From NCBI GenBank assembly GCA_944326355.1, contig CALVDO010000006.1:16163-80162 (forward strand): a stretch of DNA of 64,000 nucleotides, in the 5' to 3' direction. Shown in pieces: positions 55,633 to 64,000 of this stretch; positions within the stretch are counted from its first letter, which is position 1; each line of letters starts with the position of its first letter. The notes under the pieces are model-generated. The model was not told the DNA's origin. It ran no database searches and worked only from the letters and a program-made list of their open reading frames with translations. The stretch is from an uncultured Bacteroidales bacterium. GTDB lineage: Bacteria > Bacteroidota > Bacteroidia > Bacteroidales > UBA932. Made by a program: the position numbers and the translations under genes.

Positions 55633-58600
55633 TCAGTTGCCTCTGAAATACCTTACGGCATTGTCAAATATCGGCTGCTCGAGTTCCTCCTCAATGTTCC
55701 GGAAGAGGTTTGGCTCGTACCTTTCGGTGTGTCCCATCTTGCCGAGGATCTGGCCGTCAGGACTCACTATGCCCTCTATCGCATAGTATGAGCCGTTCGG
55801 ATTGTAAGGGGATGTCATCGTCACCTCTTCAGCGACCGGGTCCACATATTGGAAAGCCACCTGGCCATTTGCAAACAGCTCTCTCGCAAGATCCTCATTT
55901 ACGACGAACTTGCCTTCGCCATGACTGACGGCCACCGTGTGCAGGTCTCCGACGGAGAATCCCGCGAGCCACGGAGAGTTGACGGAAGCCACCCGCGTCG
56001 TGACCATCTGGGATATGTGTCGGTTGATGTCGTTTCTGAACAGCACCGGAGAATCCTTCGTCACCATCCCGAGCCTTCCGTACGGCAGGAGTCCCGACTT
56101 CACGAGGGCCTGGAATCCGTTGCAGATGCCGAGGATGAGGCCTCCTCTGTCGAGGAGCTTATGTATTTCATCAGCTATATCCTTATTATTTAATACATTA
56201 GCTATAAACTTACCGCTACCGTCCGGCTCGTCTCCGGCAGAGAAGCCGCCGCACAGAGCAAGGATGTGGCACTCCGATATGTTCTTCTTCATCTCCGTTA
56301 TCGAGCTGAAGATGTCTTCAGCCGTCAGATTGCGGAAAACGCTCATCTTCACCTCAGCTCCGGCCTTACGGAAAGCCTTGGCGGTGTCGTAGTCACAGTT
56401 TGTGCCCGGGAACACGGGCAGATAGGCGAGAGGCCTCTCCACGGGTTCTCCCTTGTATCTCATCTCCGACCTCTTTCTCTTAAGCGGCCGCACCGTCTCC
56501 ATTCCCGAAGGCGCCACATCCGGATGGAAAGGCTCCTTTGTATCCGGGTATATCGAGGCGAACTTCACGGCGTTGGCCTCCATCATGTCGAAGATCGGAA
56601 CGGCAGTACCGTTGATGTGGAGCATTCCGTCCTCTCCGGAAGTGACTTCCCCGAGACATTCGGCGGCAGGATGGTCAAGAGGCTTCTCACATTCCACGAG
56701 AATCGATCCATAGCCATAGTTGAAGAGGTCATTCTCCGACACTTTGACATTGACTCCGAATGCGTTGCCGAACGACATCTTGCAGATGGCCTCTGCCACT
56801 CCGCCGAAGCCTATCGCATAGGCGGCCACGATATTGCCCGAGAGAATCTGCTCATGCACATATCTGAAGTTCTCCTTGAGCTGCGCCGTATCCGGCATAC
56901 GGTTCTTCAGAGGGGTGTGCCTTATGAGATAGAGTTTGTCACCGTCCCACTTGAGCTCCGGCGAGATCACTTTCCCGGCATTTACCGTGGTTATTCCGAA
57001 TGCCATGAGCATCGGGGGCACATTGATGTGTCCGAATGTGCCGCTCATTGAGTCTTTCCCGCCGATGGAAGGCAGTCCGAGCTCCACCTGCATCCTGATG
57101 GCGCCGAGAAGGGCGCTCAGCGGCTTGCCCCACGACTTCCTGTCGTGCATTCTTTCGAAGTATTCCTGATACGAGAATCTCATCTTCTCGTATGACGCTC
57201 CGGCTGACACTGCCTTTGCGCAAGCCTCCACAACGGAATATGCGGCTCCGTGGTAAGGACTCCAGGACGATATGTAAGGATTGTAGCCGAAGGTCATGAC
57301 GCTTGCCGTGTCGGTATAGCCGTCGGTCGGCAGCTTCTGGACTGATACCTGAGTCTCCGTAGTCTGCAGCAGTCCCCCGAACGGAAGCAGGACGGTGGAG
57401 CGCCCGACAGTTGAGTCGAACATCTCGATCAGCCCCTTCTGCGAGGTGACATTCCAGTCCTTGAGGTTGTTCTCCAGCCTCTGAGCGAGGGTGTCTCCCT
57501 CCACTTTCCTTTCAAACGGATCGATGTCAGGAACTGCGGAAACGGTGACGTCGGCGTAATGCTTCGCTCCAGCGCTGTCAATGAATTCACGAGAAAGGTC
57601 CACGATGAGCTTCCCCGCATTGTACATTCTGAGCCGTGCCGTGTCCGTGACGTCAGCCACATGTGTGACTTCGACATTTTCACTTGCGCAGAATGCCTTG
57701 AAGGCATCCATGTCGCCGGCCTCGACCACAACTGCCATCCTCTCCTGCGACTCGCTGATGGCAAGCTCGGTGGAGTTGAGTCCGCTGTACTTCACCGGCA
57801 CGCGGTCGAGATATATGTCGAGCCCGTCCGCAAGCTCGCCTATCGCCACGCTCACACCTCCTGCTCCGAAGTCATTGGACTTCTTGATGAGCCTGGTGAC
57901 TTCCGGCCTGCGGAAAAGCCTCTGCAGCTTTCTCTCCTCCGGAGCATTACCCTTCTGCACCTCGCTCCCGCAGGTCTCGAGGGAGGCCTCGGTGTGCTCC
58001 TTGGATGATCCTGTTGCGCCGCCGATGCCGTCGCGCCCGGTGCGTCCACCCAGAAGCAGGATCACGTCGCCCGGGGCAGGGCTCTCCCTGCGCACGTTCT
58101 CGGCCTTTACCGCACCGGCTACCGCACCCACCTCCAGACGCTTTGCCACATAGTCCGGATGATAGATCTCCCTGACATGGGTAGTGGCCAATCCTATCTG
58201 GTTGCCATAGCTGGAATATCCTGCGGCGGCCTTGCGGCTGATGACTTTCTGAGGCAGCTTGCCCGGCATGGTGTCGGACACCTTCTGATATATGTTTCCC
58301 GCTCCGGTGACACGCATTGCCTGATAGACATAGCTCCTTCCGGAGAGCGGGTCCCTGATGGCGCCTCCCAGACAGGTGGCAGCGCCTCCGAACGGCTCGA
58401 TCTCGGTAGGATGGTTGTGCGTCTCGTTCTTGAACTGAAGCAGCCATTTCTCTATCCTTCCGTCCACATCCACATCCACATATATGCTGCAGGCATTGTT
58501 CTCTTCGCTCACCTCCATGTCGTCAAGAAGGCCCCTGGACTTGAGATAGCGTGCTCCTATAGTAGCCATATCCATGAGATTGAGCCCCTTACCCTCTCTT

Positions 58601-59373
58601 CCGAGCTCGCTCCGCATCTTCAGATACATATTGAACGTCCCTTCAAGATCCTCCCTTATGAAGGAGTCCTCGAAGACGACGTCCTGAAGTTCGGTCGTAA
58701 ATGTCGTATGGCGGCAGTGGTCGCTCCAGTATGTGTCCAGAATCCTCAGTTCGGTCTCATACGGGTCGCGTCCCTCTCTGCGGAAGTAGCCGACCACCTC
58801 CCGGAGGTCATCGGCGTTCATCGCCAGCCCCATCGCGGAACAGTATGGAGCAAGATCCTCCTCCTTCATGGAAGTGAAGCCCTCCAGAACCGCTACCGGC
58901 TTCACCGGGGCCTGCTCCATGTCGCTGAGTACGGAAAGGTCCTTCTCGCGCGACTCCACCGAATTGATTGTGTATCGCCTTATCTTCTCAAGCTCCACGT
59001 CCGTCACCTCAGGGCCGAAGATCAGAAGTCTCGAGCTCTTTATGCGCACATCGGCCTTCGGATCAATCAGTCTCACGCAGTCGACCGCAGAAGCCGCCCT
59101 CTGGTCAAACTGCCCCGGAAGATACTCCACGGCGACATACCTGCATCCCGACAGGTCGCATTCATCCGTCACCCTGTCGGTCACGATCTCGCCGAAGACA
59201 CTGTAGCGGCTCTTTTCCAGAAGCTCCGGAGTGAAGCCGAAAAGGTCATAGACATTAAGCAGACGAAGACTTTTGAGCGAGAGCTGGAGATTCTCGTTCA
59301 GCTCATCCTTCAGACTCCTGGCTTCCACCTGAAACTCAGGATATTTTTCTACAAAGACACGGTAATTGCCCAT
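55633..59373 (-). CDS. purL: phosphoribosylformylglycinamidine synthase, single-chain large form (PurS-like + PurL + PurQ glutaminase domains)
   Basis: The start at 59373 gives MGNYRVFVEK. NETHNHPTEIEPFGGAATCLGG, two AIRS-like repeats, and a C-terminal GATase (GICNGFQAL, HGEG) are present. The protein is about 1246 aa. Confidence 0.95.
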   Translation of the reverse strand: MGNYRVFVEKYPEFQVEARSLKDELNENLQLSLKSLRLLNVYDLFGFTPELLEKSRYSVFGEIVTDRVTDECDLSGCRYVAVEYLPGQFDQRAASAVDCVRLIDPKADVRIKSSRLLIFGPEVTDVELEKIRRYTINSVESREKDLSVLSDMEQAPVKPVAVLEGFTSMKEEDLAPYCSAMGLAMNADDLREVVGYFRREGRDPYETELRILDTYWSDHCRHTTFTTELQDVVFEDSFIREDLEGTFNMYLKMRSELGREGKGLNLMDMATIGARYLKSRGLLDDMEVSEENNACSIYVDVDVDGRIEKWLLQFKNETHNHPTEIEPFGGAATCLGGAIRDPLSGRSYVYQAMRVTGAGNIYQKVSDTMPGKLPQKVISRKAAAGYSSYGNQIGLATTHVREIYHPDYVAKRLEVGAVAGAVKAENVRRESPAPGDVILLLGGRTGRDGIGGATGSSKEHTEASLETCGSEVQKGNAPEERKLQRLFRRPEVTRLIKKSNDFGAGGVSVAIGELADGLDIYLDRVPVKYSGLNSTELAISESQERMAVVVEAGDMDAFKAFCASENVEVTHVADVTDTARLRMYNAGKLIVDLSREFIDSAGAKHYADVTVSAVPDIDPFERKVEGDTLAQRLENNLKDWNVTSQKGLIEMFDSTVGRSTVLLPFGGLLQTTETQVSVQKLPTDGYTDTASVMTFGYNPYISSWSPYHGAAYSVVEACAKAVSAGASYEKMRFSYQEYFERMHDRKSWGKPLSALLGAIRMQVELGLPSIGGKDSMSGTFGHINVPPMLMAFGITTVNAGKVISPELKWDGDKLYLIRHTPLKNRMPDTAQLKENFRYVHEQILSGNIVAAYAIGFGGVAEAICKMSFGNAFGVNVKVSENDLFNYGYGSILVECEKPLDHPAAECLGEVTSGEDGMLHINGTAVPIFDMMEANAVKFASIYPDTKEPFHPDVAPSGMETVRPLKRKRSEMRYKGEPVERPLAYLPVFPGTNCDYDTAKAFRKAGAEVKMSVFRNLTAEDIFSSITEMKKNISECHILALCGGFSAGDEPDGSGKFIANVLNNKDIADEIHKLLDRGGLILGICNGFQALVKSGLLPYGRLGMVTKDSPVLFRNDINRHISQMVTTRVASVNSPWLAGFSVGDLHTVAVSHGEGKFVVNEDLARELFANGQVAFQYVDPVAEEVTMTSPYNPNGSYYAIEGIVSPDGQILGKMGHTERYEPNLFRNIEEELEQPIFDNAVRYFRGN

Positions 59374-59414
59374 ATATGTGTGTTGACTTGTTTTTTCAAT
59401 TTTCAGCAGCCGCG

Positions 59415-60674
59415 CTATACGAATCTCGAGGCCCACTCTGAATAATATTTCTCCGGAGTCATCGGCACGAAGGTCACATGACCCATCTTTCTCCTCGGAC
59501 GGGACTGGGTCTTGCCGTAGAGGTGCACAAACACTCCCCTTCCCGCTTCTCCGCAGAAAGCGTTGTCCACATCCTCCGGAGACGAGACCTCTATTCCAGG
59601 CCCCGCGCCTCTCAGAGATTCCGCCACAATCCGTTTCGCGGCGTCAAGATCCTGTCCGAGAATGTTCTTCATCACAGTCGGGGCGACAAGCTCCGGCCTG
59701 GTCAGAGGCATCCCGAGCAGAAAGTGGCAGAGCTCTCTGTATTGGCTTGTCGTGCAGCCTTCTATCGTATAATGCCCGCTGTTGTGCGGTCTCGGAGCCA
59801 TCTCGTTGAAGAGAAAGTCATCCCCCTTTATGAAAAGCTCAATCGCAAGAATCCCCCTGTAGCCGCAGCTTCTCATGAACGATTCGCAGGCCGAGACTAT
59901 CCTGCGGCAGGTCCCGTTCTCCTCCCCGTTCCTCTGAAGACCGGATGCCGGCACTATGCTCAGGTCGAGAATCCCGTCCCTGTGCACGTTTCTCGCGAGA
60001 GGGAAATGGATTATATCCTGTCCGTCGGAGACCATTATCACGCTCGCCTCGAAGTCGAAATCGACCATCTCCTCCAGAATGCACGGCACGGCAAGCAGGT
60101 CGGCGGCCTTTTCTATGTCCTTGAAGTCACGGATCACTGCCTGACCATGCCCGTCATAGCCGAATTTTCTCGTCTTGAGCACGCACGGCTTTCCCATACG
60201 GCCCACAGCGGAGGCAAGCTGCACAAGCCTCTCCTGAGGCGAAAGGGCGGCAGCCTCCTCTTCCGTCATCGGCTCGGCGGCAGAAGCGGCGAGAGCGCCC
60301 ATCCTGACCGGTAGCGCGGCATATTCCGGAGTCGGCAGCCCGTGAAGACGGGCATTGTCCTTCTCCCTCAGCCTGTCCTGTGAGTCGAACAGGGGTGCTA
60401 TACCCTGAGGGATGTCATACTTCGACTCGATATGCCGCAGCACCTCACCGGGGATGTTCTCAAACTCGTAGGTGATGACGTCTGAACTCTCTCCGAGACG
60501 CTCGAGCGCCTTCAGGTCATCGAACGCGCCGACTATCTTCGCGTCGGCCTCGGCAAAAGCCGGAGCATCGGCGGACGGATCCATGACGACCACCGACGCG
60601 TCGAGACGGTGAGCTTCCTGAGCTATCATGAGCCCAAGCTGCCCGCCGCCTATTATTCCTATCCTTTTCTTCAT
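59415..60674 (-). CDS. purK: N5-carboxyaminoimidazole ribonucleotide synthase (ATP-grasp)
   Basis: IGIIGGGQLGLMIAQEA, YEFENIP, CVLKTRKFGYDGHGQ, NEMAPRPHNSGHYT and RKMGHVT. It carries an extra Ala/Glu-rich insert. Confidence 0.9.
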   Translation of the reverse strand: MKKRIGIIGGGQLGLMIAQEAHRLDASVVVMDPSADAPAFAEADAKIVGAFDDLKALERLGESSDVITYEFENIPGEVLRHIESKYDIPQGIAPLFDSQDRLREKDNARLHGLPTPEYAALPVRMGALAASAAEPMTEEEAAALSPQERLVQLASAVGRMGKPCVLKTRKFGYDGHGQAVIRDFKDIEKAADLLAVPCILEEMVDFDFEASVIMVSDGQDIIHFPLARNVHRDGILDLSIVPASGLQRNGEENGTCRRIVSACESFMRSCGYRGILAIELFIKGDDFLFNEMAPRPHNSGHYTIEGCTTSQYRELCHFLLGMPLTRPELVAPTVMKNILGQDLDAAKRIVAESLRGAGPGIEVSSPEDVDNAFCGEAGRGVFVHLYGKTQSRPRRKMGHVTFVPMTPEKYYSEWASRFV

Positions 60675-60682
60675 GAAGATGT

Positions 60683-61150
60683 CTATATCTCAGCCTTCAG
60701 CACCGTCTCCGTCTGATTCTCACGGAATTTCTCAAGCCTCCGGGCCACCTCCGGATCCTGTAGAGAGAGTATCGAGGCGGCTATCAGAGCGGCATTCTTC
60801 GCTCCGTTGATCGCCACCGTGGCCACAGGCACTCCGGCCGGCATCTGAACTATCGAAAGCAGGGAGTCCAGCCCGTTCAGGGCGCGGGACTTCACCGGGA
60901 CTCCGATCACCGGAAGAGTCGTCATGGCGGCCACCATGCCAGGAAGATGGGCGGCTCCGCCTGCCCCCGCGATGATGACGCTTATGCCCCTTTCCCTCGC
61001 AGTATGCGCATATTCATACATGAGGTCCGGCGTCCTGTGGGCGCTGACCACGCGCTTCTCATAGTCTATACCCAGTTCCCCGAGCATCTCCACCGCGCCG
61101 GACATCACTTCATAGTCGCTCGTGGAGCCCATTATGATCCCTACTTTCAT
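60683..61150 (-). CDS. purE: N5-CAIR mutase
   Basis: The start at 61150 gives [36 protein letters not shown] and PVIGVPV are present. Confidence 0.9.
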   Translation of the reverse strand: MKVGIIMGSTSDYEVMSGAVEMLGELGIDYEKRVVSAHRTPDLMYEYAHTARERGISVIIAGAGGAAHLPGMVAAMTTLPVIGVPVKSRALNGLDSLLSIVQMPAGVPVATVAINGAKNAALIAASILSLQDPEVARRLEKFRENQTETVLKAEI

Positions 61151-61250
61151 ATTTCTGCAAAATCTTTGTGAATTTCCGCAAAAGTCCATACGAGTCAGAC
61201 GGTTGTGTCAGCCGTACATTTTCTCGGGAAAGCCTTTCGGCAAGCGATGG

Positions 61251-61283
61251 CAAAGGTAGTCAATTTTTCCGGCTTGAGGCAAA
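61251..61283 (-). promoter_or_regulatory. candidate Bacteroides-type promoter upstream of purE
   Basis: On the minus strand TACCTTTG (61251..61258) fits TAnnTTTG. A TTTG (61280..61283) lies 21 nt upstream. The evidence is motif match only. Confidence 0.3.
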
Positions 61284-61317
61284 TGATTCCGCAAAATAGC
61301 GAATAAAATCCTCGCGG

Positions 61318-62235
61318 TCACCGCAGCCTGGAGACGAGGCTCTGCGGAAGAAGAGGCATGGCGCCCGACTGCGTGCAGACATACGCTGAGACCTCCACCG
61401 CCAGCCGATGCGCCTCAGCCATGTCCAGGCCTTTAAGCATGCCTGAGACAAACGCCGCCGTAAAAGAATCCCCTGCGCCGACAGTATCGGCCACCTCCAC
61501 CTTCGGAGTAGCAAGAGACGAGACGCCGTCCGGTCCGAACACATGACTTCCGTTCACCCCGCACGTCAAGATCAGCATCCTTATGCCGAATCTCTCGCGC
61601 AGCTCCCGGCATCTTTCCTCCGCGCCATCTTCCGCGTAATCCGTCGCGGCGCCTCCCCTGCCGTCTCCCGACAGGCCGAGAAGTCCGCCGACCACCTCCA
61701 GCTCCTCATCATTTATCTTCAGCACGTTGCACTTCATGAAAGAATCCTCCAGAATTTCCCTCGAATAGAAATTCTGCCGCAGATTGACGTCAAATATCTT
61801 GAGCGCGTCATCAGGCATCGCGTCCAGAAAGCGCCCGATCGTCTTCCTCGAGACCGCTCCCCTCTGAGCGAGAGAGCCGAAGCAGACCGCCCGCGACTCC
61901 GAGGCAAGTGCCTCAAGAGCAGGAGTGTACGGAATGTTGTCCCATGCCGCCCCCTCCTTTATGTCATACCGCGGGATTCCGTCTCCTTCAAGAGTCACGC
62001 TCACCGTTCCCGTAGGATAAGGGACAGTCTCCACAAGGCATTTCAGTCCCTTCTCCCTGAATGTGTCGAGAATCTCTCGCCCGAGGTCATCTCTCCCCAC
62101 GGCGCTGGCCACACGGCCTTCAAGGCCGAACTGCGACACGTGATACGCGAAATTGGCCGGCGCTCCGCCGATTTTCCTTCCCTCGGGAAGCATATCCCAT
62201 AGAGCCTCCCCGATTCCTGTCACCAGATTCTTCAT
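61318..62235 (-). CDS. PfkB-family carbohydrate kinase (fructokinase-like)
   Basis: The start at 62235 gives MKNLVTGIGEALWDMLPEG. GGAPANFA is present, and the C-terminal motif is DTVGAGDSFTAAF. Confidence 0.8.
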   Translation of the reverse strand: MKNLVTGIGEALWDMLPEGRKIGGAPANFAYHVSQFGLEGRVASAVGRDDLGREILDTFREKGLKCLVETVPYPTGTVSVTLEGDGIPRYDIKEGAAWDNIPYTPALEALASESRAVCFGSLAQRGAVSRKTIGRFLDAMPDDALKIFDVNLRQNFYSREILEDSFMKCNVLKINDEELEVVGGLLGLSGDGRGGAATDYAEDGAEERCRELRERFGIRMLILTCGVNGSHVFGPDGVSSLATPKVEVADTVGAGDSFTAAFVSGMLKGLDMAEAHRLAVEVSAYVCTQSGAMPLLPQSLVSRLR

Positions 62236-62380
62236 TTTTACGAGATTTAATGTCTTAGCCATCTGACCCTCCGAACCACCTTCGCCCAGAGCCATCAGGC
62301 ATTTCCGCAGACAAACTTATATAAAATTCACAAAAAATTTACGACGGACAAAAATAAATGCTAACTTTGCCCCCACATAA

Positions 62381-62467
62381 GGAAAGATGCCGGAGTGGTC
62401 GATCGGGCCGCACTCGAAATGCGGTGAACGCGTAAGTGTTCCCAGAGTTCGAATCTCTGTCTTTCCG
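62381..62467 (+). tRNA. tRNA-Ser (anticodon CGA)
   Basis: Folded by hand. The acceptor stem is GGAAAGA/TCTTTCC, the D stem CCG/CGG and the anticodon stem CCGCA/TGCGG with loop CT-CGA-AA. A long variable arm (GAAC...GTTC) is present. The T arm is CAGAG-TTCGAAT-CTCTG and the discriminator is G. CCA is not encoded. Confidence 0.9.
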
Positions 62468-62605
62468 CAAAACTCGCGTAACCCACTGAGCCATAGCGAT
62501 TTACAAGAATCGGACAATAAAAACGGGACAGAGACGGGACATGCGAATTTTATTCATTCATTTTCTTTGTACAGAGCACTTTGCATTCTGTGCGAAGAAA
62601 AAAAA

Positions 62606-63763
62606 ATGAATATATTTCCTCCCACACGAGACATAGATTATATGCCGGCAAAGCTGTCTCAAGGCAAGGTCTGGTACATCTACTACTATGTCAAAGAGCC
62701 CTCCTCCAGAAAACTCAAGCGGTTTCGCATCAAGCTCGAGCGCTTCAAGACCAAAAAGGAGAAGAAGATTGCGGCTCAGATAATCATCAACAGGATCAAC
62801 GAGCAGCTCGCCCTCGGATGGAATCCGATAGTCGAGCAGGCTGCACCTAATTCCTACCATACGCTGCACGATGCACTTGACTCTTTCCTTTCGATAAAGG
62901 GAAGGGAAATGGAGGAAAACTCTATGCGGTGCTATCGTTCGTATGTCAAGTTTCTCAAGAAATGGCTCTCCGGAAAAGGATTCGACGAGAAGATGTATGC
63001 CTGCTCATTCTCCCGCCAGCTCGCGCTTGAGATCATGGACGACATAGATAATGACGAAAAGGTTTCTCCCCGGACATTCAACAACTACCTGATGTTCTAT
63101 CGGATTCTCTTCAACTGGATGGTCGACAAGGGGTACATCTCCGGAAATCCGTTTGAAGGCATAAAGAAGAAATCGAAGAAACTCACCCAAAAGACACGGC
63201 GGATCATGACCGATGATGAGCTGTCCCGCCTGTTCACTCATCTTCAGAGCGTCAACAGTCAGTACCTCGTCATCTGCCTGCTCTGCTACTGCTGCCTCAT
63301 GAGGCCGAAGGAAATAGCCCTGCTCAAATGCGGAGATGTGGACCTTGGACAGCAGCTCATCCATGTACGCGGAGAAATCGCGAAAAACGACAATGACTCA
63401 TACAGGACGATCCCGGATGACATGATGCCCTACATGAGGGAGCTTGACCTCTCGCATCCGGACTGGTATATTTTCGGGAGTCACCACGAATATGACTTCA
63501 GCCCCGGTCCGAAACAGATATGCAGCCGCAAGATAGCCAAATATTGGAGCGACCATCTGAGACACGACTGCGGGCTTCCGATGGAGCTGCAGTTCTATTC
63601 GCTGAAAGACACCGGAATCACCAATATGCTCGGCAGCGGCGTCCCCGTCTCATTCGTAAAGCAGCAGGCGGACCACAGCAGCCTCGCGATGACATCGATA
63701 TATCTCGGAAAACTTCAGGACAAAGCCAGCGAAGCAATCAGAAACGCAAATCTTATAAAATAA
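62606..63763 (+). CDS. tyrosine-type site-specific integrase (Bacteroidota Arm-domain type)
   Basis: The ATG at 62606 gives MNIFPP.... The N-terminal arm-type motif is KVWYIYYYVKEPSS..LKRFRIK. A SAM-like core-binding domain follows. The catalytic region is LLCYCCLMRPKEIALLK...YSLKDTGITNM...ADHSSLAMTSIYL (H...Y). Confidence 0.85.
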   Translation: MNIFPPTRDIDYMPAKLSQGKVWYIYYYVKEPSSRKLKRFRIKLERFKTKKEKKIAAQIIINRINEQLALGWNPIVEQAAPNSYHTLHDALDSFLSIKGREMEENSMRCYRSYVKFLKKWLSGKGFDEKMYACSFSRQLALEIMDDIDNDEKVSPRTFNNYLMFYRILFNWMVDKGYISGNPFEGIKKKSKKLTQKTRRIMTDDELSRLFTHLQSVNSQYLVICLLCYCCLMRPKEIALLKCGDVDLGQQLIHVRGEIAKNDNDSYRTIPDDMMPYMRELDLSHPDWYIFGSHHEYDFSPGPKQICSRKIAKYWSDHLRHDCGLPMELQFYSLKDTGITNMLGSGVPVSFVKQQADHSSLAMTSIYLGKLQDKASEAIRNANLIK

Positions 63764-63849
63764 TTTTCATATATCACGATGGAGTCAGGAAGTGAGGAAA
63801 GGCCTGATGAAGAATCGGGTTCTGACCCGATTTCCATAACCACGGATAA

Positions 63850-64000
63850 TTGGAAAAGAAATTTATTGTATCGATTGAAAAAGACAGCGACGGAACATAT
63901 GTCGCATACAACCAGAACGGAGACGGATATGTACTGATAGGGAGAGGCAACACCGTGACGGAGGCACGCGAAGATTTTGCCAATTCGATGAAGGAAGTCG
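63850..64000 (+). CDS. HicB-like (UPF0150) antitoxin-family protein, partial
   Basis: The frame opens right after a TAA, and the only start candidate is TTG 63850. (L/M)EKKFIVSIEKDSDGTYVAYNQNGDGYVLIGRGNTVTEAREDFANSMKEV matches the usual xIEKxxDGxYxAY...G.T..EA pattern. The window end truncates it. Confidence 0.45.
   Translation, partial: MEKKFIVSIEKDSDGTYVAYNQNGDGYVLIGRGNTVTEAREDFANSMKEV

Larger units (their letters stand above)
62468..64000 (+). mobile_element. left end of a tRNA-Ser-associated integrated element (continues beyond the window)
   Basis: An integrase gene starts 139 nt after the tRNA 3' end, and a HicB-like gene follows. The right end and the att repeat are not in the window. 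Confidence 0.5.

Noticed and set aside
61190-61317. Purine riboswitch or other leader element upstream of purE
   Set aside because: I could not recognise the conserved purine-riboswitch loop/junction motifs by eye. Only a promoter-like motif is reported. A covariance-model scan (Rfam RF00167 and others) would be needed to exclude one.
62598-62606. A9 run before the integrase ATG as a slippage switch
   Set aside because: A-rich, Shine-Dalgarno-less leaders are normal in Bacteroidota, and the run is outside the coding frame. Nothing suggests a regulatory role.

Overview
This 64-kb window comes from a Bacteroidota chromosome, probably Bacteroidales. The evidence is SusC/SusD genes, a UpxY antiterminator, lipoprotein signals and TAnnTTTG-type promoter boxes. 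Nearly all genes are on the minus strand, and they fall into four modules.

(1) 56..31882 is a single ~32-kb co-directional capsule/EPS operon. It runs UpxY, Wzx, then an amino-sugar tailoring block (two DegT-like plus two ATP-grasp genes, an epimerase and an LbH acetyltransferase). Ten glycosyltransferases follow, with two acyltransferase-3 genes (one cut by an in-frame TGA), a Wzy-like polymerase and the initiating sugar transferase. Next comes an unusual PqqD-like / PF14907-type nucleotidyltransferase / HprK-like kinase cassette, then Wza and Wzc (the Wzc tail is (GY)10). The operon ends with a tightly packed 61-aa ORF and two lipoproteins, one carrying a PI-PLC-like domain.

(2) 32345..45940 is a beta-1,3-glucan-type PUL: SusC, SusD, an SGBP-like lipoprotein, GH16, a GH128/158-like enzyme and GH3. 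A Y_Y_Y/LuxR one-component regulator is transcribed divergently. The susC frame is broken in a G7 run.

(3) 46029..62235 holds an OmpA-family gene, a purine supercluster purE-purK-purL-purC::purF-(type II PanK-like)-purM-purH-purD-folD, and a PfkB sugar kinase. The purC::purF gene is one continuous ORF, which is mechanistically odd because PurF needs a free N-terminal Cys.

(4) 62381..64000 holds tRNA-Ser(CGA), a tyrosine integrase and a HicB-like fragment. This is the left edge of an integrated element that runs off the window.

No rRNA genes, CRISPR arrays or transposases were seen. All family assignments come from motif reading by eye, without database searches.
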